This document shows, one piece after another, positions 9,833 through 18,427 of a stretch of DNA of 44,151 nucleotides. The translations under genes were made by a program, and so were the position numbers. Location of the stretch: contig CAMCDL010000001.1 of assembly GCA_945873565.1 (NCBI GenBank), positions 1 to 44,151 of the forward strand, given 5' to 3'. Position 1 is the first letter of the stretch; every line of letters starts with the position of its first letter. A model generated the notes under the pieces. It was given only the letters and a program-made list of their open reading frames with translations, was not told where the DNA came from and did no database searches. This DNA is from an uncultured Selenomonadaceae bacterium (lineage in GTDB: Bacteria; Bacillota; Negativicutes; Selenomonadales; Selenomonadaceae).

Positions 9833-10462
9833 ATGGCTGATAAGGAAAATGTAATAATAACCCAGGGACGATATCTGGCCTCAGCGGTAAAAAAAGAACA
9901 GTATCCTGAGGAGCAGCGCAAGGAAATAGTTTTTATAGGACGCTCTAACGTGGGTAAGTCATCCCTGATAAATTCTCTTACCAGAGTGCACAATTTGGCC
10001 CGGGTTTCCAGCCAGCCTGGCAAGACTCAGACTATCAACTTTTATGATATAGGTGCCAAGATTGATGGTGTTGAAGGACGCAAGGATTTTTATCTGGTGG
10101 ATCTTCCAGGCTATGGCTATGCCAAGACTGGTGCTGAGCGCAGGAAAATCTGGAGCAGATTTATCAATGAATACCTGCTTGGCAGTGAGAACATCCAGTT
10201 TGTCTGCCAGCTTATAGATTCTCGTCATGAGCCTATGGCCTCAGACGTAGAAATGTTTAACTGGCTGGTGGATAACAATATCCCGGTTCTGCTGGTAGCA
10301 ACCAAGTGTGACAAGATAGGTCGTAATACCATCAGCAAGAACATTGCGGCCATTAAGAGGAAGCTTGGAGTACCGGAGCTGGATGTGCTGCCGTATTCAT
10401 CATTGAAAAATGAGGGCAGGGCGGAGCTGCTGGAGGTTATAGCAGGCTGCCTTGCAGAATGA
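9833..10462 (+). CDS. engB: Ribosome-biogenesis GTPase YsxC/EngB
   Basis: 209 aa. It has GRSNVGKSSLIN (G1), DLPGYG (G3) and TKCDK (G4). The conserved lon-engB adjacency is present. Confidence 0.92.
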   Translation: MADKENVIITQGRYLASAVKKEQYPEEQRKEIVFIGRSNVGKSSLINSLTRVHNLARVSSQPGKTQTINFYDIGAKIDGVEGRKDFYLVDLPGYGYAKTGAERRKIWSRFINEYLLGSENIQFVCQLIDSRHEPMASDVEMFNWLVDNNIPVLLVATKCDKIGRNTISKNIAAIKRKLGVPELDVLPYSSLKNEGRAELLEVIAGCLAE

Positions 10463-10480
10463 CCAGGAGAGATAGATATA

Positions 10481-10939
10481 ATGCTAGGGCTTACCGAATT
10501 TGATAAGAGTCTGCTGAACCTGCTTCAGGGCAGCATTGCTCTTTCCCAGCGTCCCTTCAGGGATATGGCAGAGAAACTAGGATCCGATGAGCAGACAGTA
10601 ATAGACAGGATAAATCTACTCAAGGAGAATGGCTATGTAAGAAGAATAGGAGCCTTCTTCAATTCAGAAAAGCTTGGCTATACTGGTACCCTGGTTGCGG
10701 TATCAGTCAAGCCTGATAAGATAGCTTCAGTGGCGGAGGCCATAAACAAGTATCCAGGTATTACCCATAATTATGAGCGTGAGTGCGATTACAATCTCTG
10801 GTTTACTCTGCTGACACCAGACAGTGAGACCCACGACAGGATTATAAATGAAATTGGGGCACTTCCAGGGGTTGAAAAGCTGATGGATTTAAGTGCCCGC
10901 AGAAAATATAAAATCAATGTCAGGTTTAATCTTAAGTAG
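10481..10939 (+). CDS. Lrp/AsnC-like siroheme decarboxylase subunit (AhbA/NirD-like)
   Basis: 152 aa. It pairs an N-terminal wHTH (LLNLLQGSIALSQRPFRDMAEKLG) with a C-terminal NirD-type domain, and it sits in tandem with a paralog. Confidence 0.55.
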   Translation: MLGLTEFDKSLLNLLQGSIALSQRPFRDMAEKLGSDEQTVIDRINLLKENGYVRRIGAFFNSEKLGYTGTLVAVSVKPDKIASVAEAINKYPGITHNYERECDYNLWFTLLTPDSETHDRIINEIGALPGVEKLMDLSARRKYKINVRFNLK

Positions 10940-10949
10940 GGAGCGCTAT

Positions 10950-11420
10950 ATGTTGTCAGAATTGGATAAAAGAATAGTAAGGGCCATGCAGGGGGATTTT
11001 CCTATCTGTGCAGAACCCTACAAAAAGATTGCTCAGGAGGTTGGTATCCCTGTTGAGCTTCTCTTAGAGCGCCTGACGCTGATGAAGGAGCAGGGGCAGA
11101 TACGAAAGCTGGGAGCTGTACTCCGTCATAGGGAAATAGGATTTTCAGCTAATGTGCTGTGTGTCTGGGTAGTGCCTGAGGAGCGAATGGAGAAGGTGGC
11201 AGCTAATATGTGCTTAAATGCCGCTGTGACACACTGCTATGACAGAAATACCATGCCGGACTGGCCTTATAATTTTTATACAATGATTCATGGCTCTAGC
11301 CGTGAGGAGTGCGAGGCCATTGTTGATGAGCTGGCAATAGAAAATAATCTTTCTGAGAGACGTCTGCTGTTTACGTTAAAGGAATGGAAAAAGACAAGCA
11401 TGTCTTATTTTACAGAGTAA
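10950..11420 (+). CDS. Lrp/AsnC-like siroheme decarboxylase subunit (AhbB/NirL-like)
   Basis: 156 aa starting from ATG 10950. It reads LDKRIVRAMQGDFPICAEPYKKIAQEVG ... WKKTSM. It is a paralog of the upstream gene. Confidence 0.55.
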   Translation: MLSELDKRIVRAMQGDFPICAEPYKKIAQEVGIPVELLLERLTLMKEQGQIRKLGAVLRHREIGFSANVLCVWVVPEERMEKVAANMCLNAAVTHCYDRNTMPDWPYNFYTMIHGSSREECEAIVDELAIENNLSERRLLFTLKEWKKTSMSYFTE

Positions 11421-11430
11421 GAGGTAGCTT

Positions 11431-12147
11431 ATGTTAACAGGTGAAGATATAGATACCCTGATAAAGCTTACTTTATCCTGCATTCTGGGAGGATTTGTAG
11501 GATATGAACGTGAGTCAAGAAACAAGTCAGCAGGTCTGCGTACCAACATACTGGTATGCTTAGGTTCTTGCCTTATTATGATTATGTCCAGATTCATGTA
11601 TCAGGAGGTTGAGGGACTTACCAATGCTGATCCTGCCCGTCTGGCAGCACAGGTTGTAAGCGGTATAGGATTTCTTGGCGCAGGTGCCATCATGAAAGAG
11701 GGCGTCAATGTAACAGGACTTACTACAGCAGCATGCCTGTGGGTTGTAGCAGGAGTTGGAATGGCTGTCGGTGCAGGGTATTATATGGCTGCCATCATTA
11801 CTACCGGCTTGGTATTTATCACTCTGGTAACCTTAGCTCAGCTGGATGCGTACCTGGCAATTGATAAACATATAACTGCTAAGCTGATAATAGTAGATAA
11901 GCCAGGAGCTATGCAGGAGGTTTATGACATATTTGCAGAAAAATCTGTTAAGGTTAAGCTCACTAGGGTAGCCTCTGCAGATGAAGGTGGCGGACCTGTG
12001 AAGCTGCATGAAATGGTGAATCCTTCCCTGATAGAACGTAAAACCATGGTAGAGCTGGAGCTGCTCAATGTTAAAAATGTAAAGCATGCCGAAATAATTG
12101 AAAGCCTGTATAAGCTTCAGGTGGTAAAAAGTGTAGAATTTATATAA
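11431..12147 (+). CDS. MgtC/SapB-family membrane protein
   Basis: 238 aa. The motif GGFVGYERESRNKSAGLRTNILVCLGSC is the MgtC signature. A soluble ACT-like C-terminal domain follows. Confidence 0.85.
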   Translation: MLTGEDIDTLIKLTLSCILGGFVGYERESRNKSAGLRTNILVCLGSCLIMIMSRFMYQEVEGLTNADPARLAAQVVSGIGFLGAGAIMKEGVNVTGLTTAACLWVVAGVGMAVGAGYYMAAIITTGLVFITLVTLAQLDAYLAIDKHITAKLIIVDKPGAMQEVYDIFAEKSVKVKLTRVASADEGGGPVKLHEMVNPSLIERKTMVELELLNVKNVKHAEIIESLYKLQVVKSVEFI

Positions 12148-12150
12148 AAT

Positions 12151-12180
12151 AAGAGCCGTCATTTTGACGGCTCTTGTTTT
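12151..12180 (+). terminator. Rho-independent terminator
   Basis: AAGAGCCGTC (12151-12160) pairs with GACGGCTCTT (12166-12175) and is followed by GTTTT. Confidence 0.85.
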
Positions 12181-12286
12181 ATATATGTAGAATTTGACTA
12201 ATAATTCTGAATATTATATAATTTAGATGTATTTTTTTATATGAACGGACATTTGTTCAAATTTTAAATGCGGGGTGTTTTGCATA

Positions 12287-12880
12287 ATGTTGAAAAGACT
12301 CGGTAGACTCGGCAGACTCGGTATGCTCCTGATTGCTGGTATTATGATGCTGGCGTTTTCATCGGTGGCACTGGCAGCTCCTAATGATGTCCGGGCCGGC
12401 TCCCAGGGTGAAGATGTTCGTCAGGTTCAGCAATGGCTGATAGAAAAAGGATATTTTGATGGAGAAGCTGATGGCATTTGCGGTGAGGACACTGTAAAGG
12501 CAATCAAGCGTTTCCAGGTGGATAATGATTTAGAGGCTGATGGAATATGTGGTCGCATGACCCGTGCCAAGCTTAATCCAAATGCTCAGGACTACACCAG
12601 CGGACGTCCTATGATGGTAGAGGCTACAGCCTATAGTGCTTATGATCCAGGTAATGGAATGTATACCTGCATGGGTACTCTGCTGAAGCACGGAATTATT
12701 GCAGTGGATCCTGGAACTATTCCTTTAGGTACCAGAGTATATATACCAGGCTATGGTGAAGCTGTAGCTGAGGACCAGGGCTGGGGTATCCGTGGAGCCA
12801 TGATAGACATAGCATTTGATACTCATGAAGAGGCATTAGCCTTTGGCCGCCAGTATATTGAAATATATATTCTTGATTGA
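12287..12880 (+). CDS. Secreted cell-wall protein with PG_binding_1 repeats and a C-terminal 3D domain
   Basis: It has a signal peptide (...AFSSVALAAP). Two DGICGxxT-type peptidoglycan-binding repeats are present. The 3D-domain motifs read EATAYSAYDPGNG ... IAVDPGTIPLGTRVYIPGYG. The ATG at 12287 is preferred as the start. Confidence 0.8.
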   Translation: MLKRLGRLGRLGMLLIAGIMMLAFSSVALAAPNDVRAGSQGEDVRQVQQWLIEKGYFDGEADGICGEDTVKAIKRFQVDNDLEADGICGRMTRAKLNPNAQDYTSGRPMMVEATAYSAYDPGNGMYTCMGTLLKHGIIAVDPGTIPLGTRVYIPGYGEAVAEDQGWGIRGAMIDIAFDTHEEALAFGRQYIEIYILD

Positions 12881-12891
12881 AAATAAAAAGC

Positions 12892-12920
12892 TTGACAGCT
12901 GCTGTTTATAGTGATAGAAT
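12892..12920 (+). promoter_or_regulatory. Sigma-A-type promoter of the tRNA-Glu gene
   Basis: TTGACA (12892-12897) is separated by 17 nt from TAGAAT (12915-12920), with a TG extended -10 element. It lies 14 nt upstream of the tRNA 5' end. Confidence 0.75.
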
Positions 12921-12933
12921 AGCTAATGTTAAC

Positions 12934-13008
12934 GGCGCGTTGGTCAAGTGGTTAAGACTCCGCCCTCTCACGGCGGCTTCAAGGGTTCGAATCCCTTACG
13001 CGTCACCA
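12934..13008 (+). tRNA. tRNA-Glu, anticodon CUC, with encoded CCA
   Basis: A cloverleaf can be drawn by hand. The acceptor stem pairs GGCGCGT with ACGCGTC. The anticodon stem is CCGCC/GGCGG with loop CTCTCAC. The T-arm is AAGGG-TTCGAAT-CCCTT. The backbone resembles Bacillus tRNA-Glu(UUC). Confidence 0.9.
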
Positions 13009-13020
13009 ACTAAAATATTA

Positions 13021-13053
13021 ATGGGGTATCACCTAGGTGATACCCCATTTTTT
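13021..13053. terminator. Bidirectional terminator between the tRNA-Glu gene and the convergent gene
   Basis: ATGGGGTATCACC pairs with GGTGATACCCCAT in a 13-bp palindromic stem. T5 lies on the plus side and an A-rich run on the other side. Confidence 0.85.
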
Positions 13054-13060
13054 GTATTCT

Positions 13061-13654
13061 TCAGTCTTTTGAAGCCAAAAGCATGTGACTGATATCTGAT
13101 TTCTGTATAACCTTATAAACACAGGATTTCAGCAGAGACTCAGCATTGTTATTAATGGAAATCTGATCGCTGTATCTGTTGGATGATTTGTATTCTTGAG
13201 TATCTCCAGCAGCTGCATCATATATATACATAACAAATTCCGCACTGGAAATCTGCTGGGTATACCAGCCATAATAGTAGTAGACATTATAGGTGTTTCT
13301 GACTATAGGCAGGATTACAATATCTGCATCGAGCTCCTTGGCAATGTCCTCAGTCAGGTATTTAGGACTGTATCGGTAGTCCTTTGACATTGCATCGCTG
13401 TAGCATTTGTCATAGGCAGTGTAAACGTCATGCTGGTCAATGTAATCAACACGTTCCAATACCCCGTTGAGCGGAACATGAGCTGCTCTTTCAAGCTGCC
13501 TTGTAACGTCCTGTACAGCACTGTCGTTGATGCTGCTATTCTGGAACTGGATTGGAACCATGGCAACTCTCAGGGGAGCATCTTTGGCAAGGGCGATAGA
13601 GGATATTGTCAAAACCATTATAGCGGCAATGACAGCAGAAAATAGTTTTTTCAT
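13061..13654 (-). CDS. Secreted protein of unknown function, last gene of the glycosylation operon
   Basis: 197 aa. An AAAGGAGGAA-type RBS precedes it. The signal peptide is MKKLFSAVIAAIMVLTISSIALA|KD. The sequence is Tyr-rich and I recognise no family. Confidence 0.6.
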   Translation of the reverse strand: MKKLFSAVIAAIMVLTISSIALAKDAPLRVAMVPIQFQNSSINDSAVQDVTRQLERAAHVPLNGVLERVDYIDQHDVYTAYDKCYSDAMSKDYRYSPKYLTEDIAKELDADIVILPIVRNTYNVYYYYGWYTQQISSAEFVMYIYDAAAGDTQEYKSSNRYSDQISINNNAESLLKSCVYKVIQKSDISHMLLASKD

Positions 13655-13708
13655 AGGGATTCCTCCTTTTGGACTTATTTTTTTTAAAAGAATGCTGATT
13701 CAGCACCC

Positions 13709-14089
13709 TCAGGTGAGAATCAGCTTTTTTGTTATGTAGTTCCAGATGGTGACCAGTCCAGTGGACAGAATCTTGGAAACCATGTAAAAGAGCCCGCAAA
13801 CATCAGTGAAGAGATACATAAATATCTGGTTAAGAACTAGACCGGCGATGCTGCTGCCGATAAACAGGGAGGTTTTCCGTGCGTTGGTCTTACCTGTGTT
13901 AAATACATAGCGCTGGCACATGATGAGATTTACCACTGTGGAAATAGTGAAGGCTGTACCAGCAGCCCACCAGTAATCCCAGCCATATAGCTCTACCAGT
14001 GCAATGAGAAGGGCGTACTCAAGAAGAAAGCAGAAGCCGCCAGTAGTGCAGAAGCGCCATATTTCCTTGCGGTCAATGTTATTCAGCAT
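13709..14089 (-). CDS. GtrA-family membrane protein (putative polyprenyl-phosphate-sugar flippase)
   Basis: 126 aa with 4 TM segments. The motifs RFCTTGGFCFLLEYALL and WNYITKK match the GtrA family. Confidence 0.8.
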   Translation of the reverse strand: MLNNIDRKEIWRFCTTGGFCFLLEYALLIALVELYGWDYWWAAGTAFTISTVVNLIMCQRYVFNTGKTNARKTSLFIGSSIAGLVLNQIFMYLFTDVCGLFYMVSKILSTGLVTIWNYITKKLILT

Positions 14090-14103
14090 GATGGATACTC
14101 CTG

Positions 14104-15051
14104 TTAATATTTGTCAAGGTCAGGGTCATCCCTTAATAAGTAAAGCGGGCGTCTTTTTACTTCCTTAAAAATGTGACCTATATATTCACCTATTACACCG
14201 AGGGTAATAAGCTGAATACCACTGAAGAAGCAGCCAAAAAGAGATACCAGCTTCCAGACATCAGCATCACTGTCAGTCATAAAAAACTGAGGCATAAGGC
14301 TGATAAAGAGAATTGCACTGATGGCTAGAAATACAAATCCAATATAAATACCAATCTTCAAAGGCTTTATGGAATTGCTCATTATGCCATTTACAGCCAG
14401 CTTAAGCATTTTCTTTGGTGAAAACTTTGATTGACCAGCAAAACGTGGTGGAGCTACAAAGGAGAATTTGCACTGCTTGAATCCAAGGGAACCAATCATG
14501 CCTCTGATAAAGCGGTCGCGCTCGCGGTAGCGGCGGAAGGCGACTACCACCTGATGGTCCATAAGACGGAAGTCTGACCCGCCTGGCTGAACATAGACCT
14601 CAGAAATAGAGTTTAAAATACGGTAATAAAGATCGGAGGTGAACTTTTTAAAAACAGATACACCTTCAGTGGTCTCTCTTATTGTCTGCACTACCTCATA
14701 GCCCTGCTCCCAGTAACTGATAAGCTGAGGCAGGAGGGCAGGCGGATGCTGCATATCGCCGTCCATGGTGATGACTGCGTCGCCATCTGCATGATCAAGA
14801 CCGCAGGTGAGAGCTGCCTGATGGCCATAGTTCTTGGCCAGGATGAGCGGCCTGACGCGACGGTCCTTTTCAGACAGGCTGTGAAGAATAGCATCGCTGC
14901 CATCCTTAGAGCCATCATCAACCATAATAAGCTCCCAATTATAGTCTACAGTATCCATGGCATCAACTATAGCATTATAGAAATGATCAATAACCTCAGA
15001 TTCGTTGAATACTGGAACTACTATAGAAATTTTTTTCTTTTCGTCACTCAT
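14104..15051 (-). CDS. GT2 polyprenyl-phosphate glycosyltransferase (GtrB/ArnC/DPM1-like)
   Basis: 315 aa. It has ISIVVPVFNE, DDGSKDGS and the DGDMQHPP (DXD) motif, with two C-terminal TM helices. Confidence 0.88.
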   Translation of the reverse strand: MSDEKKKISIVVPVFNESEVIDHFYNAIVDAMDTVDYNWELIMVDDGSKDGSDAILHSLSEKDRRVRPLILAKNYGHQAALTCGLDHADGDAVITMDGDMQHPPALLPQLISYWEQGYEVVQTIRETTEGVSVFKKFTSDLYYRILNSISEVYVQPGGSDFRLMDHQVVVAFRRYRERDRFIRGMIGSLGFKQCKFSFVAPPRFAGQSKFSPKKMLKLAVNGIMSNSIKPLKIGIYIGFVFLAISAILFISLMPQFFMTDSDADVWKLVSLFGCFFSGIQLITLGVIGEYIGHIFKEVKRRPLYLLRDDPDLDKY

Positions 15052-16444
15052 TGGTTTCCTCTTTCTTCACAGGAAGTATCTTGACCAGACGGGCATTTAC
15101 TGCCTGGCCGACAATTTCCTGCTGATATTTATTGAAGGTCGGATCATTTTCAAATCTGTCATATCCCTCATAATCCACTATCACATAGTACGGCTTATCC
15201 TGAGGCAGATCCTCATAGGCATAGAAAGGCATTACATTAAGTGCCTTCCAGCTCATAGCCTCTGGACGGTTAGCCTCGATTGAGGCTCTGTGTGAAAGGG
15301 TATAAATGGTACGCTGGCTGTAATAGGTTTCAGAGCAGCGGTACTTATCATAAGCAAGTATCAGGTCATCTTCAGTGGTGACAGCCTTTATGCTTTGGGA
15401 AATTTCAGCACCGGAATAATAGCCGCTGACAATACCAGGGGCCACAAATACTGCAAGGATGATGAATACGCCAGCCATTGCAGAGCACAGATACTCCAGA
15501 TGATAATTTCTCTTAGACATGATGTATCCAGCAAGGATTGCGGTTGGCATCATAGAAGGGAACGTATAGGTAGGATACTTGGAAGCCATCAGCTGATAGA
15601 AGATGATGACAGTAAGACCCCAGATAAGAAGAAAGGCTGTTTTTGGATTAAGCTTCTTAACAGCTTCTTCCTTGTAGTGCTTTACACATCCGTGGATGAA
15701 TGGGAATACCCAAGGGAAGAAGGAGGCAGTAAAAATCATTATATAATACCACCAGGTGTTGTTGGCATCATGCTCGGAAACAGTAGCACGGATATAGTTG
15801 TGGGTACCAAGGAAAATACCAATGAAATCAGAGCCATAACGGTCATACATGAAATAGTACCAGGTGCCGCATACAGCAGCTACAATAACCAGTCCTGGCA
15901 GCAGCTTGATTTTCAGGAAATCCTTCAGGCGTCTCAGATATATAAGATATACTACAATAACAAGGCCTGGCAGAAGGAAGCCGACAGGTCCCTTAGTCAG
16001 GATTGCCAGTCCTGCAAAAACATAACACAGATAGTAAAGCTTAGGTTTGTTTTCGTGATAAGCCACATAAAAGAGCACCAGCTCAAGGCTTGAAAACAGG
16101 AATAGGGCCATGTCTGTAACAATTGCTTTAGAAAGATACCAGAAGCCTACACAGGTTGCCAGCATCATAGTTGAGAGGATAGCAACCTTGTTGTTGTACA
16201 GCCTGCGGGCAAACCACCAGGTCACACCGAGGCTCAGTACACCAGTTACTGCTGGAAAAAAACGGGCAGCAAAATCATTTACGCCAAATATAGAATATGC
16301 TATGAGAAGCTCCCAGAAAATAAAAATAGGCTTATCAAACCATGGATTTCCATGGATGCGGGTAGAAAACCAGTCATTAGCCTGAAGCATTTCCAGGGCA
16401 CATTCTGTATAGTTGCATTCTACAGGATCAGTAACGGGAACCAT
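15044..16444 (-). CDS. GT-C fold glycosyltransferase (GT39/ArnT/PMT_2-like), apparently N-terminally truncated by an in-frame amber codon
   Basis: 466 aa and polytopic. The motif YTECALEMLQANDW...GNPWFDKPIFIFW matches the ArnT/PMT first periplasmic loop. The same frame continues upstream as ..MQISLVCLFAFIM-TAG(16460-16462)-LAGNK-M(16444). Confidence 0.75.
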   Translation of the reverse strand: MVPVTDPVECNYTECALEMLQANDWFSTRIHGNPWFDKPIFIFWELLIAYSIFGVNDFAARFFPAVTGVLSLGVTWWFARRLYNNKVAILSTMMLATCVGFWYLSKAIVTDMALFLFSSLELVLFYVAYHENKPKLYYLCYVFAGLAILTKGPVGFLLPGLVIVVYLIYLRRLKDFLKIKLLPGLVIVAAVCGTWYYFMYDRYGSDFIGIFLGTHNYIRATVSEHDANNTWWYYIMIFTASFFPWVFPFIHGCVKHYKEEAVKKLNPKTAFLLIWGLTVIIFYQLMASKYPTYTFPSMMPTAILAGYIMSKRNYHLEYLCSAMAGVFIILAVFVAPGIVSGYYSGAEISQSIKAVTTEDDLILAYDKYRCSETYYSQRTIYTLSHRASIEANRPEAMSWKALNVMPFYAYEDLPQDKPYYVIVDYEGYDRFENDPTFNKYQQEIVGQAVNARLVKILPVKKEETNE

Positions 16445-16597
16445 TTTGTTACCAGCCAGCTACATAATAAAAGCAAACAGGCACACGAGGCTAATCTGCA
16501 TATTCTCACTAAGCTTGTAAAATTTATTCAGAATAAAGTCCTCCCATAGTCGAAATTAATCATTTAATTATATCATAGAAAAACTTTCATTACTATA

Positions 16598-17344
16598 TTA
16601 TTGATTGCCGTACATATAGTCATAATAGGCTTTTTTCATTTCCTTGCGGTTTTTTGGTGCAGGCCAGAGCTCACCTACGGCATTTTCACGCATGGCGCTG
16701 GCTAGGTGAGGGTAGAGCTGCGGATTTTCAATGCTCATTTCCTGTATCAGCTCCTTGACCCGCTGGCGGATGGTGTGACCATCATTAGGACAGGGTGATG
16801 GAACTGGCTGGACCTGATGATACTGTATTGCATCAATTATTTCCTGCTCACGGAAATATACCAGCGGGCGGATAACAGTAATGTCAGTTTTATCTAAATA
16901 GGTGCTAGGTGTGAAGGTGTGAACCTGGCCAGAATAAAGAAGTCCCATGAACAGTGTTTCCACAGCATCATCATTGTGATGAGCATAGGCCACCTTGTTG
17001 CAGCCCTGTTCCTTGGCATAACGGTTTACTGCTCCCCGACGGAAAAAAGCACAGGTATAGCAAGGATCCTTACCTCCCTGAGCATCAATAGCTCCCTTGA
17101 TATCGACGTCAAAAGAATGGTGGGGGATGTCCAGCCGCTGCATAAAATCCTTAATGGGAGCAAGGTCAAAGCTGTCGCTGAACATAGGGTTTACAGTTAC
17201 AGCCATAAGCTCGAATTTTTTCTTGATACGCTGCCTCATCATTGCCATAGCATAAGCCAGGAAAATGCTGTCCTTGCCGCCGGATACGCCAATCATAATT
17301 CTGTCATTGTCCTGAATCAGCTCAAATTCTGTAATAGCACGCAT
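16598..17344 (-). CDS. PP-loop ATPase, TtcA-like tRNA thiolation enzyme
   Basis: 248 aa. It has the SGGKDS PP-loop and cysteine motifs CYTCAFFRRG and PCPNDG. Confidence 0.65.
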   Translation of the reverse strand: MRAITEFELIQDNDRIMIGVSGGKDSIFLAYAMAMMRQRIKKKFELMAVTVNPMFSDSFDLAPIKDFMQRLDIPHHSFDVDIKGAIDAQGGKDPCYTCAFFRRGAVNRYAKEQGCNKVAYAHHNDDAVETLFMGLLYSGQVHTFTPSTYLDKTDITVIRPLVYFREQEIIDAIQYHQVQPVPSPCPNDGHTIRQRVKELIQEMSIENPQLYPHLASAMRENAVGELWPAPKNRKEMKKAYYDYMYGNQ

Positions 17345-17589
17345 AAGCTTGCTGAAATAAATCTGAGGAAGATTGAATTTTATTGTCTTATCTATAAAGC
17401 ATCATTCCTTGTATTTGCAGTGTTTTTTCAATAGTATTATAACATCGGAAGTCCATAGCAGACAATTGGTGTGTATTTGTAAGAGATTTTTGTGTTTTTC
17501 TCTTTTCGAATGAATCTCGTTGTGGTATAATCATTAGCATTCGAGTAAAGAAAATTTGTCGCGTTAAATCGCTGATGGGAGGATTTCCT

Positions 17590-18381
17590 ATGATAAAGGT
17601 CATGGTAAGCGGAGCCTGCGGCAGAATGGGTCAGGCAGTGCTTAAGGCTGTTATTGAAGACTCCGAGCTTGAGCTCGTAGGTGCAGTAGATCTTGCTGGT
17701 GGTGCTGATGCTGGCGAGCTGGTAGGGCTTGGAAAAAACGGCGTTATTGTCGGTACAGACCTTGAGGCTGTAATAAATGCCTCTAGCCCAGAGGTTATGG
17801 TTGACTTTACCCGTCCTGATGTAGTTTATGCAAATGCAGTAAAAGCTATTAAGAAGGGCGTGTCACCAGTAATCGGAACAACTGGGCTTTCCGATGAGGA
17901 AAAAGCTGAGCTGGCTGAGCTTTCCAAGGCTAATAATACTCCTGTATTTATAGCTCCAAATTTTGCTATAGGTGCGGTGCTGATGATGCTTATGGCTAGG
18001 CAGGCTGCCAAGTATATGCCTGAGGTAGAAATTATAGAGCTTCATCATGATAAAAAACTGGATGCTCCTTCAGGAACTGCTCTTCAGACTGCAGCTATGA
18101 TTTCTGAGGTCAGAAAGGCTCATGTTCAGGGTAACCCTGAGGAAACTGAGAAGGTGGCTGGTGCTCGTGGCGCTGATGTGGACGGCATGCGTATCCACAG
18201 CGTTCGTCTCCCAGGCTATGTAGCTCATCAGGAGGTTATTTTCGGTGGCCTTGGACAGACCCTGACTATTCGCCACGATTCTCTTAACCGAGAATCCTTT
18301 ATGCCAGGTGTATGTCTTGCCTGCAAGAAGGTTAGGAATCTTGAGGGGCTGGTTATCGGTCTTGATAAAATAATGGACTGA
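17590..18381 (+). CDS. dapB: 4-hydroxy-tetrahydrodipicolinate reductase
   Basis: ATG 17590 follows a GGGAGG RBS. The motifs are VSGACGRMG (NAD binding), ELHHDKKLDAPSGTA and SVRLPGYVAHQEV. Confidence 0.93.
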   Translation: MIKVMVSGACGRMGQAVLKAVIEDSELELVGAVDLAGGADAGELVGLGKNGVIVGTDLEAVINASSPEVMVDFTRPDVVYANAVKAIKKGVSPVIGTTGLSDEEKAELAELSKANNTPVFIAPNFAIGAVLMMLMARQAAKYMPEVEIIELHHDKKLDAPSGTALQTAAMISEVRKAHVQGNPEETEKVAGARGADVDGMRIHSVRLPGYVAHQEVIFGGLGQTLTIRHDSLNRESFMPGVCLACKKVRNLEGLVIGLDKIMD

Positions 18382-18427
18382 TATAATAATTATTATAATT
18401 AGAAATTATGAAAGGAAGATATAAATA

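Noticed and set aside
12181-12286. Possible c-di-AMP (ydaO-type) riboswitch upstream of the 3D-domain wall protein gene
   Set aside because: The ~100-nt leader is AT-rich and lacks the conserved GC-rich pseudo-symmetric helices.
12877-13092. 71-aa plus-strand ORF
   Set aside because: It reads straight through the tRNA-Glu gene and its terminator.
13694-13724. GCTGATTC/GAATCAGC hairpin at the end of gtrA as an operon-internal terminator
   Set aside because: One arm and the loop are coding, since the gtrA stop lies in the loop. The downstream gene has no room for its own promoter, so the effect on transcription is uncertain. It is not reported as a feature.
15395-16093. 232-aa plus-strand ORF inside the GT39 gene
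   Set aside because: It is antisense to a polytopic glycosyltransferase with clear family motifs, so it is a shadow ORF.
17345-17589. Possible lysine riboswitch (L-box) upstream of dapB-asd
   Set aside because: An extended -10 promoter (TGGTATAAT, 17523-17531) leaves only a ~50-nt leader. I saw no L-box-like conserved helices, so the leader is too short for a riboswitch.
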